A DNA stretch of 64,000 bases from the NCBI GenBank assembly GCA_963796255.1, contig CAWCLE010000010.1:125765-189764 (forward strand), given 5' to 3'. The notes under the pieces are model-generated. The model saw only the letters and a list, made by a program, of their open reading frames with translations, was not told the origin of the DNA and made no database searches. Origin of the DNA: an uncultured delta proteobacterium. GTDB taxonomy: Bacteria > Desulfobacterota > Desulfobulbia > Desulfobulbales > Desulfocapsaceae. Shown here piece by piece: positions 1 through 9,094 of this stretch. Each line of letters opens with the position of its first letter. The first letter of the stretch is position 1. A program made the position numbers and the translations under genes.

Positions 1-489
1 TCTTTGTTCCTGCTGCAACTTCAATTTAATGATCGAGAGCTGATTATAATCGAAACGCGGAGTAAATGTAGACTGTCCGAGCTGGCCTGGAAGCTCCTCA
101 AGCTCCTTCGAGATTTTGGCGAATGTATTTGGCGTATCGATGTTTTTCAGAGATTTAATCCCGTATTCAAAGTCAATAAGCCGCATGGAGACATCGGTGA
201 GATAATCAACAAGATCTGACAGTTTCCGCTCGGTCTTCGGGATTGGTATCGTTGGCGGCGAGGAGGTGGCTGTTTTGGGGTCTTCAACTCCCATCGCCGG
301 CGGCACGAGTAGGCAGACGAGCGCGAGAATCACTGCCGCTGTTCTAACCCTGGAATAGAGATCAAATACCAGGCTTCTTTTCTCGTAATTAAAATGAAAA
401 AGCAGCTGTACCCTGCTGAGAATTGAGAGGTATGCCGAACGCTTACAGATCCAGGTTATTCGTTTATCCATGACTTTCTGGTGAGCCAT
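1..489 (-). CDS. Hypothetical exported or membrane-anchored protein, N-terminal 163 codons; the ORF runs off the window start
   Basis: My own minus-strand translation from the ATG at 489-487 gives MAHQKVMDKRITW...AAVILALVCLLVPPAMG, a hydrophobic signal or anchor, followed by a helical region ...AKISKELEELPGQLGQ. There is no stop before position 1. The start overlaps the stop of the upstream gene (TAATG), which suggests translational coupling. Confidence 0.4.
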   Translation of the reverse strand, partial: MAHQKVMDKRITWICKRSAYLSILSRVQLLFHFNYEKRSLVFDLYSRVRTAAVILALVCLLVPPAMGVEDPKTATSSPPTIPIPKTERKLSDLVDYLTDVSMRLIDFEYGIKSLKNIDTPNTFAKISKELEELPGQLGQSTFTPRFDYNQLSIIKLKLQQEQR

Positions 490-1607
490 TACCTTCCCGT
501 TATTAATGCGCTTTTATACGATAATGCGTCGAGCAGTTCAATACATCCTCCAGTCAGTGATGTCAGCGCATTCTTCTGGAGCCTTTCAGTCAGACTATGA
601 AGCTCACTCCCTTCCTGCAGATACTGCGAGTGAAGTTTTTCAGAACCTTTGCCACATATCGAGATCTGGGTGTCGGAAAAATTGGTGTTTAATAATGCCT
701 GCGCACTGTTGTCCGTTGTAACAGCAACCGTAGATGGCTCCACATTACCTCGGATTAAAAAATCACTCAAGAGAGCATAGTCACAAAGGGTATCAGTTTT
801 CCAAATCAACCAAAGAGGGCGGGCACCAACAGTGAAGATTCGTCTCCATTCCGGCGAAATGTACAGATCGCGTGCTGCCTCATATATTTTCCTTGCCATG
901 CCAATTGCCATAGGCGAGGACGTATCGGTTGCAGTTTCCGCTGAAAATACAGTGACAAGACGGCTGAAAGAAATTCGCGCAAAAGAAGTCACAACGGGAT
1001 CTAATCTCGAAATAATACGTCGCTCAACTCCCCGCAGATAAGCCTTGGCGGCAGCGAGAAGCTGTTCGGGTGAGAGAAGAAAAGCAAGAGTAATCGGGAT
1101 TCCCAAAAAAATTGCCTCCTCAAAGGCTTCAAGCCATTCGGGCAGGCCTGGAATGGTTATGATAATATTAGCTCGAGGGGCCTTTGCATAGAGCACTGAA
1201 ATCGCTGTTATCATAGAGACGGTATCAGTTATCGACATGGGAAAAATCGTCAGCGCAACCCACCCGTCAATACCGTTGGATTGGTCAAAAACGGATCGCA
1301 AAAGATCACAGGCATAACACGCATCCTCAATGATGAGTTCGAGAGCCAAAGGTTCTCCGAACAATCCTTCCTTAAGCCTTTTCCGAATTGCGTTGTCATA
1401 AACCCCTGTGGTCCGAAGAGCATGAGCACATGCCCTTGGATTAACTGATATTCCTTTTATTTTTATCGAGCCTTCCTGCAAATACTCTAAAAGCAATCCG
1501 TTTTCAAGCTGTACTCGAGTAATGTTCTCCAGCCACAGACTATGATTGTTATTGAGCAGGTTTGAAAGGCTGTTCAAAGTGCACTCCCTTAGACATTCTC
1601 TCTTCAT
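489..1607 (-). CDS. Transaldolase-family protein with substituted catalytic residues, probably non-catalytic
   Basis: 372-aa ORF. By eye it aligns to long-form transaldolases: SLWLENITR ~ SVWLDDLSR; KGISVNP ~ GVTTNP; DGWVALTIFP ~ DGxVSIEVDP; NIIITIPGL ~ NLFIKIPAT; RPLWLIW ~ RPLWAST. The Schiff-base Lys position and the Glu/Asp positions are Thr, Thr and Phe. Confidence 0.6.
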   Translation of the reverse strand: MKRECLRECTLNSLSNLLNNNHSLWLENITRVQLENGLLLEYLQEGSIKIKGISVNPRACAHALRTTGVYDNAIRKRLKEGLFGEPLALELIIEDACYACDLLRSVFDQSNGIDGWVALTIFPMSITDTVSMITAISVLYAKAPRANIIITIPGLPEWLEAFEEAIFLGIPITLAFLLSPEQLLAAAKAYLRGVERRIISRLDPVVTSFARISFSRLVTVFSAETATDTSSPMAIGMARKIYEAARDLYISPEWRRIFTVGARPLWLIWKTDTLCDYALLSDFLIRGNVEPSTVAVTTDNSAQALLNTNFSDTQISICGKGSEKLHSQYLQEGSELHSLTERLQKNALTSLTGGCIELLDALSYKSALITGR

Positions 1608-1689
1608 TAAAGAAAATACGACCGGTTGTTTTCATGACCATAGAATGAAGCAAGATTTTTACAACAAAAATATTGTGTTTTTTTTATCA

Positions 1690-1705
1690 GCAAGAAAAAG
1701 ACCAG
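1690..1705 (-). promoter_or_regulatory. Candidate sigma-54 promoter facing the transaldolase-like gene
   Basis: The minus strand reads CTGGTCTTTTTCTTGC, with GG-N10-GC spacing and TTGC at -12. It lies about 85 nt upstream of the start at 1607. The identical 16-mer occurs at 4099-4114 on the plus strand. Confidence 0.45.
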
Positions 1706-1846
1706 GAAAGGCCAAAAACTTGCCAAAGGGTAGTAAGATGTGTAATTTCAATAGACTTGTAATTATTGTAAGGTGCACCCGACGGGACCTGGCAAGCGAC
1801 GCCGTCCTCAACATTTTGAGGTTCTGCTAATGGTTGAGGCAATTAA
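1690..1846. repeat. Left arm of a ~155-bp imperfect inverted duplication flanking the activator gene
   Basis: The reverse complement of 3961-4117 aligns along the whole arm. Two blocks are identical: GCAAGAAAAAGACCAG (1690-1705) and the 33-nt core CCTCAACATTTTGAGGTTCTGCTAATGGTTGAG (1806-1838). Shorter shared blocks include AATTTCAAT, TAATTATT and CCGAC. Confidence 0.85.
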
Positions 1847-1952
1847 CAGCAGTCTTTTTTAATTGATACCAGCCCGCAATCAGTGGTATTCATTGTGGTA
1901 AATAAAACTACTTGATGCAACACCATTCATTCCAGCTTCAAACCTATACTTT

Positions 1953-3911
1953 ATGCTCAAAAATGACCATCAATCCCCCGATCGGCAATCTTTCGAGACG
2001 CTGCTGCTGGATATATCCACACAATTCATCAACCTCCCAATTGATCAGATTGATGCTTTAATTGAAGACACCCAGAGAAGAATCTGCGATTTTTTTGGTT
2101 ACGATATGTCGGGTTTATGGCAGTGGACAGCTGAGGAACCACGCTTTATGCACCTGACGCACCTCTGCAGTCCAGCCGATGGACCAAAGCGTCCTGCCCA
2201 TATAAACGCAGAACTGGCTTTTCCATGGACATTACGAACGCTGCTCAAAGGACAATCAACGGTTGTTCATACAGAAAAAATGCCGAAAAATTCTGCTCTT
2301 GAGCAGCATACTCGTCGTCATTACGGTATCAAGTCGTCTGCTGTATTCCCTCTTTTGACGGGCGGCAAATCTGTTTTCGGCATAATAAGTTTCGACAATC
2401 TGCGCCAGGAACATGCCTCAAGCCCAAAGTGCTTGAGCAGACTAAAGCTGGTCACCCAGATTTTCAGTAATGCATTGGCCCGAAAAATTGATGATGAAAG
2501 TCTGCGAGAAAGCGCGGATCGTCTCAATTTGGCCACGAATTCTGCTGGTGCAGGTATATGGGATTATGATTGTCGAACACAAATATTTTGGGTCACAGAG
2601 CAGATCCGATTGATGTTTTCTTATGATGAACATGAGCAGATCAGTCTTGCCCGTTTCGAACGTTCTATCTATCCCACGGATCTCCCGCGCGTGCGACAGG
2701 CCTTGGCTCAAGCCCTTGCAACGGCAACTCCCATTGAGGTCGATTACCGCGTCCGGATCGGCAACGATGAACTGAAGTGGATTCACTCAAAAGGTCAACT
2801 CTGTTCAGACAGCGACGGAAACGCTGTGCGGATATTAGGTGTGTCCATAGACATAAGTGAACAAAAGCGCCTGGAAAATGAACTGAAAGAGCACATCAAG
2901 ACAGTTGAATCACTTAAAAAGCAACTCGAAGGTGAGAATATCTATCTCCGTGAAGAGCTTCAGAGAGAGCAGGGATTCGAACAGATAATCGGCACCAGCA
3001 AACCGCTGGAAAAAGTGCTTACGGCTGCCAGACAGGTCGCAGCAACAGATGCAACCGCTCTCCTGTATGGTGAAACTGGAACCGGCAAGGGAGTTCTGGC
3101 GAATGCAATTCATAAAATGAGTTCTCGCAGTGAGCAGCCGTTTGTCATCGTAAACTGCGCGGCTCTGCCGGCTAATCTTATCGAGAGTGAGCTCTTCGGC
3201 AGAGAAAAAGGGGCCTTTACAGGAGCTCATGCCCGGCAGTTGGGACGCTTCGAGATTGCCAACCGGGGCACGATTTTTCTCGATGAGATCGGAGAATTGC
3301 CGCTGGAGCTGCAAGCCAAACTTCTGCGTGTGCTGCAAGACGGTGAATTCGAAAGACTCGGCAGTGGCAAAACGGTGAAAGTTGATATCAGAGTAATAGC
3401 AGCAACAGCGCGAGATCTCAGTCAAGAGGTTCATAACCACCAATTTCGCCAGGACCTTTTTTACCGACTCAACGTTTTTCCAATTACTCTCCCGCCATTG
3501 CGGCTGCGGGGCCAGGATATTGTCCTACTGGCCGAATACTTTGTCAAAAAATATAGCCGCAAGATGAACAAGGATATTCAAAGTATACCTAAAAACTCCA
3601 TCGACAAAATGCTGCGGTACAGTTGGCCGGGCAACGTAAGAGAACTCGAACATCTCATTGAGCGAAGTGTGATCATCAGCCCGGAAAATTCATTTCTGCT
3701 GGCCGACGAATCCAGGTCCCTGTCCGCCACGAGCCTGGCCAGCTGTAATGATAAAGATCTGGCGTCTATCGAACGTAATTATATCAAGAAAATACTGAAT
3801 AAAACGGAATGGAGAATCGATGGACCCGGCGGCGCGGCTGCCGTTCTTGACCTCAATCCGAGCACCCTGCGCTTCCGGATGAAAAAACTTGGCATCCAGC
3901 GGCCCGTATAA
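1953..3911 (+). CDS. Sigma-54-dependent transcriptional activator (GAF-like + PAS-like sensor, AAA+ core, C-terminal HTH)
   Basis: 652 aa. It carries Walker A GETGTGKG, the GAFTGA sigma-54 contact loop, ESELFG, and a Fis-type HTH ([21 protein letters not shown]). There is no receiver domain. Confidence 0.9.
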   Translation: MLKNDHQSPDRQSFETLLLDISTQFINLPIDQIDALIEDTQRRICDFFGYDMSGLWQWTAEEPRFMHLTHLCSPADGPKRPAHINAELAFPWTLRTLLKGQSTVVHTEKMPKNSALEQHTRRHYGIKSSAVFPLLTGGKSVFGIISFDNLRQEHASSPKCLSRLKLVTQIFSNALARKIDDESLRESADRLNLATNSAGAGIWDYDCRTQIFWVTEQIRLMFSYDEHEQISLARFERSIYPTDLPRVRQALAQALATATPIEVDYRVRIGNDELKWIHSKGQLCSDSDGNAVRILGVSIDISEQKRLENELKEHIKTVESLKKQLEGENIYLREELQREQGFEQIIGTSKPLEKVLTAARQVAATDATALLYGETGTGKGVLANAIHKMSSRSEQPFVIVNCAALPANLIESELFGREKGAFTGAHARQLGRFEIANRGTIFLDEIGELPLELQAKLLRVLQDGEFERLGSGKTVKVDIRVIAATARDLSQEVHNHQFRQDLFYRLNVFPITLPPLRLRGQDIVLLAEYFVKKYSRKMNKDIQSIPKNSIDKMLRYSWPGNVRELEHLIERSVIISPENSFLLADESRSLSATSLASCNDKDLASIERNYIKKILNKTEWRIDGPGGAAAVLDLNPSTLRFRMKKLGIQRPV

Positions 3912-3979
3912 GAATATTTAATTTCCTCCCATAATACGCTTAAACAAGGCGCAGCAGCATTTATTGTCTCAACCATTAG

Positions 3980-4014
3980 CAGAACCTCAAAATGTTGAGG
4001 TCTGCTTTTCTTTG
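3980..4014 (+). terminator. Possible weak intrinsic terminator of the activator gene, overlapping the repeat-core dyad
   Basis: CAGAACCTCAA-aatg-TTGAGGTCTG forms a stem with one bulge and is followed by CTTTTCTTTG. The same dyad may instead be a protein-binding site. Confidence 0.3.
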
Positions 4015-4098
4015 CGTATCTTGTCGGTTGGACCCTAAAATAATTATAAATACATTGAAATTGCACACTTTACCGCCGTTGGCATTTTTGGGTCACTG

Positions 4099-4114
4099 CT
4101 GGTCTTTTTCTTGC
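4099..4114 (+). promoter_or_regulatory. Candidate sigma-54 promoter for the DUF1254/DUF1214 cluster
   Basis: CTGGTCTTTTTCTTGC has GG-N10-GC spacing and TTGCT at -12. It lies about 100 bp downstream of the dyad CCTCAA-N4-TTGAGG and about 205 bp upstream of the ATG at 4322. Confidence 0.5.
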
Positions 4115-4321
4115 TTTATGATTATAAAGGTGGGTTACGGGAAACAGGAGATGAATTTCAGGTGCAGGCTTTTTATAGCGAGGAAGCTCTGGATGGCGGC
4201 GCAGACTGGAGCCTGCGGCTTCAGTTGCAACTCCTTTTTCCGAACTCAATGCTCAAAGCGGTAAAAATGCTGGAGCAGTAAATGGCTTCAATAAATCTCC
4301 TTTAATATCCACAATCAGAGG

Positions 4322-5839
4322 ATGAAAATGAAAATACATAATTCACTCACAATCACGATCGCCGCTGTTGGTATAGCCCTGTCGGGCATATCGATCGGCC
4401 AAGCGGAAGTCACTCAAGAAACCCTCGAATCAATCTCCATTCCCGATAAGGTCGAGACAAGCATAGGTACCCTCGAGTTTTTCGATGGTGTTCCTTCCGA
4501 CGCCACCATCGACAAGGTCTATAACAACCTCGACCGCATGCGCGGCGTCGTGGCCTATCTTGACAACGTGGGTGGCGTCTCCATCCAGAGCGTCCTCGAC
4601 GGGCTTGCCCGTGAAGGTGCCGATGCACCCAACAAGATCGCCCTGTTTGGCGCGCTGATGAATTCCAAAACCCTGGTGGTCACCGCCAACACCTCGACTA
4701 TGTACGCCTATGCCGGCACGGATCTAGCCAATGACGGGCCCACGGTTATCGAGATTCCACCGGGTATGCTCGGCTTCCTCGACGATGCGTGGCAGCGATT
4801 TGTCGGAAATATGGGCGTGACCGGACCGGACAAGGGGAAGGGCGGCAAGTATCTGGTGGTGCCGCCAGGTTACACCAGCGATATCCCGGATGGATATTTC
4901 CTGCTGCAGCCACCGACCAACCGCAACTTCTTGTTTCTGCGCGGCTCGATTGCGAAAGGCCTTGATCCCGCGCTCAAGAACATCACTTCCGGGCTTAAAA
5001 TCTATCCGTTGAAAGACGCAGCTAAGCCGGCGCAAACTGAGTTTGTCAACATGTCGGACAAGGCATTCAACACGGTTTTTCCCAACGACCTGCAGTATTT
5101 CGAAATCCTCAACGCCATGATCCAGCGCGAGCCAATCGAGGCGATCGGGCCTGAGATGCGCGGCACCCTCGCCGCAATTGGTATCGTCAAGGGCAAGCCG
5201 TTCGCCCCCGATGCACGCATGAAGAAATTGTTGACCGAGGCGGCCACGATCGGCAACGCCACCGGACGCGCCATCAGCTACCAGCCACGCATCGACGGGG
5301 TGTTCATTTACCCGGATACTAACAGCGCCTGGAGCACGGCCTACGCCAACCACAACACGTCGTTCGAGGCCGACGGCACGATGGGCCTGGATGCGCGGGT
5401 ACTGTTCTATTTCAACGCTGGTGGTGTGACGCCGGCGATGGCGACCAGTCATGTGGGTCAGGGATCGGATTACGGGCTGGCCATGCTCGACGCCAACAAG
5501 AAGCCGTTCGACGGCTCCAAGACCTACAAACTGCATCTGCCACCCAATGTCCCGGTGAACGATTTCTGGGCATTGACGATGTATGACACCCAGACCCGCT
5601 CTATGCTGCAGACCAGCCAGCTGTTCCCGACCGTCGGCAGCCAGTCGAAGGGTATTCAGAAAAATGCCGACGGCTCTTTTGACATCTATTTCGGCCCGAC
5701 GGCACCGGCAGGCAAAGAGGGCAACTGGCTGGCAACGGTGCCGGGTAAAAGCTGGTTCACCATACTGAGAATGTATGGTCCGCTGGAGCCCTGGATTAAG
5801 AAAACCTGGCGGCCCAGTGAAATCGAACTGGTCAAGTAA
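4322..5839 (+). CDS. Secreted DUF1254/DUF1214 domain protein, paralogue 1
   Basis: 505 aa with a signal peptide (AAVGIALSGISIGQA). The C-terminal half has DUF1214-type motifs (DFWALTMYD, WFTILRMYGP). By eye it is very similar to 7544-9049. The ATG at 4328 is better spaced from the AGAGGA Shine-Dalgarno sequence. Confidence 0.8.
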   Translation: MKMKIHNSLTITIAAVGIALSGISIGQAEVTQETLESISIPDKVETSIGTLEFFDGVPSDATIDKVYNNLDRMRGVVAYLDNVGGVSIQSVLDGLAREGADAPNKIALFGALMNSKTLVVTANTSTMYAYAGTDLANDGPTVIEIPPGMLGFLDDAWQRFVGNMGVTGPDKGKGGKYLVVPPGYTSDIPDGYFLLQPPTNRNFLFLRGSIAKGLDPALKNITSGLKIYPLKDAAKPAQTEFVNMSDKAFNTVFPNDLQYFEILNAMIQREPIEAIGPEMRGTLAAIGIVKGKPFAPDARMKKLLTEAATIGNATGRAISYQPRIDGVFIYPDTNSAWSTAYANHNTSFEADGTMGLDARVLFYFNAGGVTPAMATSHVGQGSDYGLAMLDANKKPFDGSKTYKLHLPPNVPVNDFWALTMYDTQTRSMLQTSQLFPTVGSQSKGIQKNADGSFDIYFGPTAPAGKEGNWLATVPGKSWFTILRMYGPLEPWIKKTWRPSEIELVK

Positions 5840-5975
5840 AGCGCGTTTACAATCGGATCGAAACCGGGCCTTCCGTGTCTGCGGATAAAGAAGGCCCGAT
5901 CAATCATTAGCGTTGAACCGGATCAGGCACGATCCGGGACAGCGCGGACAAAACCATGAATCAGGAGCAATCACC

Positions 5976-7439
5976 ATGACCAAATTCTCCCGTACCACCA
6001 TCAGGCTGGCACTTGCAGGCGTGTTTTCGCTTGTCCTGCTGTCGCCCTGCAACAAGGTTGCAGCCCAGACATCCGCTGCACCGGCGGATGGACTGACTAC
6101 CGAGCAGTTCAAAGCTATCGCCGAAGATGGCTTTATTTACGGCCTGCCGCTGGTGATGAACTACGCGATCATGAACGAATATGCGGTCGACCCGCATTCG
6201 AGTCAGTTCAAGGCACCGTTCAATCACATCAAGAACCTCGCGCGCGTGTTCACCTACAAGGATACCGCGGTCGTCACCGCCAACAGCGACACGCCGTATT
6301 CGTTCCTGTGGCTGGACCTGCGTGCCGAGCCGATGGTGATCTCGGTACCGGCCGTATCCAAGGACCGTTACTACTCGGTAATGCTGGCCGACGGCCACAC
6401 CTACAATTACGGCTATATCGGCAGCCGTGCCACCGGCGACAAGGCCGGCAAATACATGGTTGCCGGTCCCGACTGGAAAGGCGAGAAACCAGCCGGCATC
6501 GATAAGATGTTCCAATCGCTCACACCGTTCAGTCTCGCCGCGTTCCGCACCCAGTTAATCGATCCCGCGGACATGCCTAACGTGGAGAAAGTCCAGGCCC
6601 AGTACAAGGCCGAGCCACTGTCGGCTTTCCTGGGCCAGCCGGCACCGGCTGCGGCCCCTGATCCCGACTTCCTCCCGGCTACCACCGCCGGTATCAAGGC
6701 GAACTTCTGGACCTACCTCGGCGCGGCGCTCAAGTACCTCCCGGAGGCTGACGAAGACAAGGACATCCGCGCCAAGCTGGCCCAGATCGGTGTTGGCCCC
6801 GGCAAGACCTTCGACATAAAATCGCTGTCGCCCGAGCGTCAGGAAGCCATGGTCGAGGCAATGAAGGCCGGTGAAGCGAAGGTGGCCAAATATGTGTCCT
6901 CCGGCTTGACCGATGTCAACGGCTGGCAGGTCGGCTCGCTGCCGGGTGACCGGGCGCATTACAACGGCGACTGGGTCATGCGTGCAGCCACCGCCAAGGC
7001 GGGCATCTATGGCAACGATGCCGCCGAAGCCATGTATCCGCTGAGCCCGGTGGATTCGAACGGCAACACCATCGATACCAGCAAGCACAACTACACGCTC
7101 ACCTTCGCCGCCGGGCAACTGCCGCCGGTGAACTCGTTCTGGTCGGTGACTATGTACGACGGCAAGTCGCAGCTCTTGATCAAGAATCCGATTAATCGCT
7201 ATCTGGTCAATACGGCGATGGTGTCAGACATGAAGAAGAACGCGGACGGATCCGTGACCATCTATATCCAGAAGGATTCGCCGGGCAAGGCCAAGGAAGC
7301 CAACTGGCTGCCTGCGCCGAACGACACCGTCTACCTGGTCATGCGCCTGTACTGGCCGAAACCGGCCACCGAGCCACTTTCGATCCTTCCAGCCGGCAAA
7401 GGTACCTGGAAGCCACCGAGCATTGTGGTCGCCGACTGA
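5976..7439 (+). CDS. Secreted DUF1254/DUF1214 domain protein, divergent paralogue 2
   Basis: The ORF track starts it at 5913. I prefer the ATG at 5976 (MTKFSRTTIRLALAGVFSLVLL, a signal peptide), which is preceded by CAGGAG. Motifs include DTPYSFLWLDL, SFWSVTMYD and VMRLYWP. Confidence 0.75.
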   Translation: MTKFSRTTIRLALAGVFSLVLLSPCNKVAAQTSAAPADGLTTEQFKAIAEDGFIYGLPLVMNYAIMNEYAVDPHSSQFKAPFNHIKNLARVFTYKDTAVVTANSDTPYSFLWLDLRAEPMVISVPAVSKDRYYSVMLADGHTYNYGYIGSRATGDKAGKYMVAGPDWKGEKPAGIDKMFQSLTPFSLAAFRTQLIDPADMPNVEKVQAQYKAEPLSAFLGQPAPAAAPDPDFLPATTAGIKANFWTYLGAALKYLPEADEDKDIRAKLAQIGVGPGKTFDIKSLSPERQEAMVEAMKAGEAKVAKYVSSGLTDVNGWQVGSLPGDRAHYNGDWVMRAATAKAGIYGNDAAEAMYPLSPVDSNGNTIDTSKHNYTLTFAAGQLPPVNSFWSVTMYDGKSQLLIKNPINRYLVNTAMVSDMKKNADGSVTIYIQKDSPGKAKEANWLPAPNDTVYLVMRLYWPKPATEPLSILPAGKGTWKPPSIVVAD

Positions 7440-7543
7440 TCGAGCGACTGCCCGAAGTGACAAGAATACAACAGTAACCGCGACGCGTACAAGGGGTCGC
7501 CTGAAGCGCCCCCTTGGTCGTCCATTCTATAGGAACTACCGCC

Positions 7544-9049
7544 ATGAATCTACGCCCTCTAAGTTTTGCCGTTATTGCGGCTCTCATCATGCTGCCGCTG
7601 TTACACACTGCCTCCGCTGAAGTCAGCAAGGCCGAACTGGAATCGATTTCGATCCCGGATCGGATCGACACGCCGATTGGCGAATTGCAGTTCTTTGACG
7701 GCGTGCCCACCGACGCTACCATCAACAAGGTCTATGATAACCTCGACCGCATGCGGGGGGTTCGGGCGTATCTTGACAACTCGGGCGCCGCATCGTTGTA
7801 CGGGATGCGCATGGGCAACGCCGGCATCGGCGCGACGGCGAACACAGTCAGCATCACCGAACAACTGCTCAAGCCGGAATCCCTGTACCTGACCGGCAAC
7901 ACCAGCACCTTGTATGCGCTGACTTATCTCGATGTAAAGACTGACAGTCCACTGGTGGTAGAACTGCCACCGGGCATGCTCGGGTTTCTCGACGATGCCT
8001 GGTTCCGCTTTATCGAGAACATGGGTGTGGTTGGCCCGGATCGCGGCAAGGGCGGCAAATACCTGCTGCTGCCTCCGGGTTACGCGGGCGCTGTGCCCGA
8101 GGGCTATTTTGTGGTCAAGATGCCCACCTATCACAACCTGATGTTCCTCCGCGGCTCGATCGCTAAAGGTCTGGCGCCGGCAGTCGAGAACATCAAGTCC
8201 GGGCTGAAGATCTATCCGCTAGCGAAGGCTGACAATCCACCGGCGACGCAGTTCATCAATTTCTCCGGCAAAAGCTACAACACGGTTGTGACCAGGGGCC
8301 TGAAGTTCTATGAAGGTCTCAATCAGATCGTGCAGGAAGAACCGATCGATGCTATCGGACCGGAGATGCGCGGCAACCTGGCTGCCATCGGCATCGTCAA
8401 GGGACAGTCGTTCAAGCCCGATGCACGCATGCAGAAGCTGCTGATCGAGGCTGCGGACATCGGTGCTGCCACAGCGCGTGCCATTACCTACCAGCCGCGC
8501 ATCAGCGGTGTGGAAATCTATCCCGATACCCACAGTGCCTGGACCATGGGTTACGCCAACAAGAACACTTCGTTCACTTCTGATGGCGCGATGAACCTGG
8601 ATGCGCGAGTGTTGTTTTATTACAACGCCACCGGCGTCACTCCGGCCATGGCGATGACGCGAGCGGGAGCCGGCTCCGATTACGGCATTGCCTACCTGGA
8701 CGCCAACAAGAAGGCGTTCGACGGCTCCAAAACTTACAAGCTGCACCTGCCTCCCCACGTGCCCGTGAACAATTTCTGGGCGGTCACTCTTTATGACACC
8801 CAGACACGTTCGCTGCTGCAGACGGATCAACCTTTCCCGACCCTTGGCAGCCAGAGCAAGGGTTTCGAAAAGAGTGCCGATGGTTCCTACGACCTGTATT
8901 TCGCACCAAAAGCGCCAAAGGGCAATGAAGGCAACTGGCTGCAGACCATACCGGGCAAGAGCTGGTTCACGATCCTGCGCATGTACGGCCCGCTGGAGCC
9001 GTGGATCAACAAGAGCTGGCGGCCAAGCGAGATTGAACTGGTCAAGTAG
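7544..9049 (+). CDS. Secreted DUF1254/DUF1214 domain protein, paralogue 3 (close copy of paralogue 1)
   Basis: The preferred start is the ATG at 7544 (MNLRPLSFAVIAALIMLPLL). Long stretches are nearly identical to 4322-5839, for example LESISIPD, FFDGVP.DATI.KVY.NLDRMRGV and KSWFTILRMYGPLEPWI.K.WRPSEIELVK. Confidence 0.8.
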   Translation: MNLRPLSFAVIAALIMLPLLHTASAEVSKAELESISIPDRIDTPIGELQFFDGVPTDATINKVYDNLDRMRGVRAYLDNSGAASLYGMRMGNAGIGATANTVSITEQLLKPESLYLTGNTSTLYALTYLDVKTDSPLVVELPPGMLGFLDDAWFRFIENMGVVGPDRGKGGKYLLLPPGYAGAVPEGYFVVKMPTYHNLMFLRGSIAKGLAPAVENIKSGLKIYPLAKADNPPATQFINFSGKSYNTVVTRGLKFYEGLNQIVQEEPIDAIGPEMRGNLAAIGIVKGQSFKPDARMQKLLIEAADIGAATARAITYQPRISGVEIYPDTHSAWTMGYANKNTSFTSDGAMNLDARVLFYYNATGVTPAMAMTRAGAGSDYGIAYLDANKKAFDGSKTYKLHLPPHVPVNNFWAVTLYDTQTRSLLQTDQPFPTLGSQSKGFEKSADGSYDLYFAPKAPKGNEGNWLQTIPGKSWFTILRMYGPLEPWINKSWRPSEIELVK

Positions 9050-9094
9050 ATCACCCATTTCTTCACAAACATCCAAACCTGGGAGACTTCGATT

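Larger units (their letters stand above)
3961..4117. repeat. Right arm of the ~155-bp imperfect inverted duplication
   Basis: It contains the exact reverse complement of the 33-nt core at 3968-4000 and the exact 16-mer CTGGTCTTTTTCTTGC at 4099-4114. Confidence 0.85.

Noticed and set aside
439-460. A ~21-nt similarity (19 of 21) between GAACGCTTACAGATCCAGGTT here and GAACGTTTACAGATCCGGGTT at 30697-30717.
   Set aside because: By a rough estimate, a match of this length with two mismatches is expected about once by chance in all pairwise comparisons of a 64-kb window. There is no flanking similarity.
4079-4096. TTGGCATTTTTGGGTCAC as an alternative sigma-54 promoter for the DUF cluster.
   Set aside because: No GC dinucleotide lies 10 nt after the GG. 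The perfectly duplicated 16-mer at 4099-4114 has the correct geometry.
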